From NCBI GenBank assembly GCA_051294375.1, contig CM119263.1, positions 18,438,628 through 18,502,627 on the forward strand: a stretch of DNA of 64,000 nt, read 5' to 3'. The notes beneath the pieces were generated by a model. The model did not search any database. It saw nothing but the letters and a program-made list of their open reading frames with translations, and had not been told where the DNA came from. Positions 61,458 through 64,000 of this stretch are shown here, piece by piece (positions within the stretch are counted from its first letter, which is position 1; the number at the start of each line of letters is the position of its first letter). The position numbers were made by a program, and so were the translations under genes. This DNA comes from Paraspadella gotoi. Its lineage: Eukaryota > Animalia > Chaetognatha.

Positions 61458-64000
61458 AAAATCGTTTGAAGTAGAGGCCTCGACGCCCAGAGGGAAATGT
61501 AAACAATGTTTCGATCTCTCCTTGTTTTCGAATACATTTCCGGCGTAAACTTGTGGAGGGAATAGGAAAGAAAAGAAGGGGAAAAGGGAAAAAAGAAGAG
61601 GAGAAGAGGAGAAAAGGAGAGAAGTAGGAAAGGAAAAACGGAAACAAAATGGGAAAAGGTCAGAGTAGAAAAGAAGGGTGATGTTTAACGAAAAACAAAA
61701 GAGAATGAGGATAATCTAGAAAAGAAAACAATAAAGAAAATGTGAAGAGAAAAGAAACAAGACTGAAAGGGATGTAGATAGAAATACAACCAAAGACAGA
61801 GTGACACAAAACAGAAAGACACGCGGACAGAGTGACGTAAAAACAGGAAGACAGGACAGTCGGAGGAGAGCTATAAAGGGGAAGAGAAAAACCCGAACGA
61901 CGCAACTTTGCCCTCGAATCACGAGCAGATCCTCACGCTGGGCGAAACAACAAATCTCAAGAAATCGAGAAGAGGGAAAACAAAAGAAAACAAAAGGAAA
62001 ACAAGAGACGGCGGGGGACGCCGGGAAAACACGGAGAGACAAGAAGTGGACGACGAAGCAACCGGGAAAAACCGAATCTACGATTTCTTTTTCTTTTTCT
62101 TTTTTTTAAGAATTCGATTCGCCGTTGGGCAGCGACTTTGTTTATCTACCAGTTTACATATTACAAACATTTAAATTTTGAAATATGTAGAAAATGAAAC
62201 GTAGGAGGTGAAGCTTTTATAAAAATCGACAAATAGAATCTAAAATATAATTCCCCCCATTTCCGCCGAATTTTCCATTTTTGTCTCTCGAACGATTTGT
62301 TTGTTTACAAGAGGACAAGAACGCGCCGAGGAGAATCCCAGCCGGTTGAGCGACTACTTTGCCGATGCCACTCGACCCACTCCCAAAACGCGATCAACCT
62401 CCCCCCATCCAAAAAAATCCTCTCTCCTCCTAACCAGCCAAAAAAAAAATGACCTCCGGATGTAACTCAGTTCCATAGATTTCGGTCGAATAATCCCTCC
62501 CGATTTCCCATTTGGAAAAAAAAAAAAAAACCCGTATGTAAAGAGGAAAATTTGGGAAAAGCGAGAGTTGAAAGAATCGGGACGATAATAAACAAACCCG
62601 GAGAACTTAATCTCGTTGTGGCGAAGACAAAGGAAAGGAGGAAGAAGGATCGTTTTAGAGGCGGTGAAAGATGGGAGGGGAGAGGTGAAGTGGGATGGGG
62701 TTGGGTTGGGTGGGGAACGGAGGCAAGGGAAGAAAGAAAGGAAAGGAAGAAAATACTAATATACGTCTGTGGTACAAGAGACTTACAATTTAATAAATGA
62801 GATACGCAATGCTTAATGTTAAGTGAGACCATTGCGAACGCTCACTTCGGCCAATGGGTTCACAACCCCCTACCGGATCAATTTTCGATCAGAATCGACG
62901 ACAATGTCGAAAGCCACTGACGTTTCGCCATCGCGACTTTCGGCCCCAAACAAGCCGTGGGCGTCGAGGCTTTTGCCGGAGATTCTCCGGCATTCGGCGC
63001 TGCCGAGAAAGATAAACCCGGCGCCGGAAGAAACGGAGAGATGGAAATGGAAAACTGGTTTATAGAGGGAATAAATTAAGAGAAGCGAAAAGGGGGCGAC
63101 CAAAAAAAAAAAAAAAAAAAAAGAGGATTTTTTCTCTCTCTTTTCTGTTACATAAGAATTGGGAGAGAAAAACTCCGATACGAATTTCGCGCCCCTTTTT
63201 TTTCCCTTTCTTTATTTCGGGGAAAAAAATGGATCGATATGAAAAATAGAGAGCATGCTCGTTCGAGATAGGAGAAATTATTTCAGAAATATTTCAGAAA
63301 CGTTCCTCGATTCGAAAGCAATAAAATTATTTGCTTTGAAGAAATTTAAGATAAAAATTATCAGTCGTTAAAGTTGAAAAAACGAAATGAAACAGGCAGG
63401 GATATTATCTTCTTTTTTTTTAAGAAACGGGAAACTAGAAATAAGCACGGATGTAATATTTTTCAGATCGTAAACTTTGACGTTATTGCGGTCGTTTTAT
63501 TACCCAACTTGAAATTTAATATCAAGTTTCATATTTTCTGGCATGAAATAACCGTTTTTTATCCCTTGCATAAATCCTTCCCGTTTGTACAATATTCGAT
63601 TGGATTTTTCTCCTTCTCTAACGGAAGTTTGTGCGACGTCCGATCTGACACGATGTTTGACATTTTGTTTGACCTTGAAACTGATCGCTCGTCAATCAAG
63701 ATATTCATCCGCTGCTTTTCCATGATAAAGTCCTTGTGGTATACCCCAAGATCTTATTCCTCAATGTCATATTTTTCTTCTCTCTTAATTAACATTCTTG
63801 AACCACTTTTTGACAAATTCCTCCGATTATTGTTCTGGTTCTTCATACTTATGCCCTATACTCCCCTTCTACCACCAACTTTTGGGTGTCTTCCCCTTCC
63901 TCGGAACCTAACCTATCGCCCATCTCCTCCCTTATCTCCGCGGACTGCAACCCCACCCACCACCCCAAACCCCAACCACCACCCCCAGCCCCAACCCCAG
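49785..64000. repeat. Large inverted duplication: arm ~49785-56977 mirrored by 57061-64000 (probably continues beyond the window), centred on a (GA)n tract plus a 25-N gap
   Basis: 57061 gtggcatttt is the reverse complement of 56968-56977. The window end ...ccccagccccaaccccag mirrors 49785-49810. ORF-track translations are mirrored (52118+ vs 61647-, 53432+ vs 60323-). Confidence 0.95.

Overview
Animal (invertebrate-like) genomic DNA from a draft assembly: AT-rich introns, abundant (GA)n/(TC)n microsatellites and six N-gaps. It holds no prokaryotic systems, CRISPR arrays, rRNA or tRNA that I can see. The ORF track is mostly noise, so genes were rebuilt by hand from GT-AG exons with consistent phases and motifs recalled from known families (no database search was run). 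(1) A 16-exon anosmin-1/KAL1 gene on + (3705-26198, ~840 aa: Cys-rich box, WAP, four FN3, hydrophobic C-terminus). (2) A complete 15-exon TTC29-like TPR gene on - (17447-22630, ~1195 aa), nested entirely inside anosmin intron 13, with large lineage-specific additions. (3) A 4-exon, unusually long XK-related (XKR/CED-8 scramblase family) gene on + (32355-37202, ~820 aa). (4) A PAQR/membrane-progestin-receptor-like gene on + (~47531-49760), broken by many small indels and invisible in the ORF track. The 39-64 kb region is a mosaic of near-identical duplicated blocks, including a ~7 kb fold-back centred on a 25-N gap; these are most likely gap-filling or haplotype artefacts. Also present: a TIR-flanked MITE found in only one of two duplicate copies, a palindromic repeat family, a G-rich minisatellite and an unexplained GC-rich ~2.5-copy tandem unit inside anosmin intron 14.
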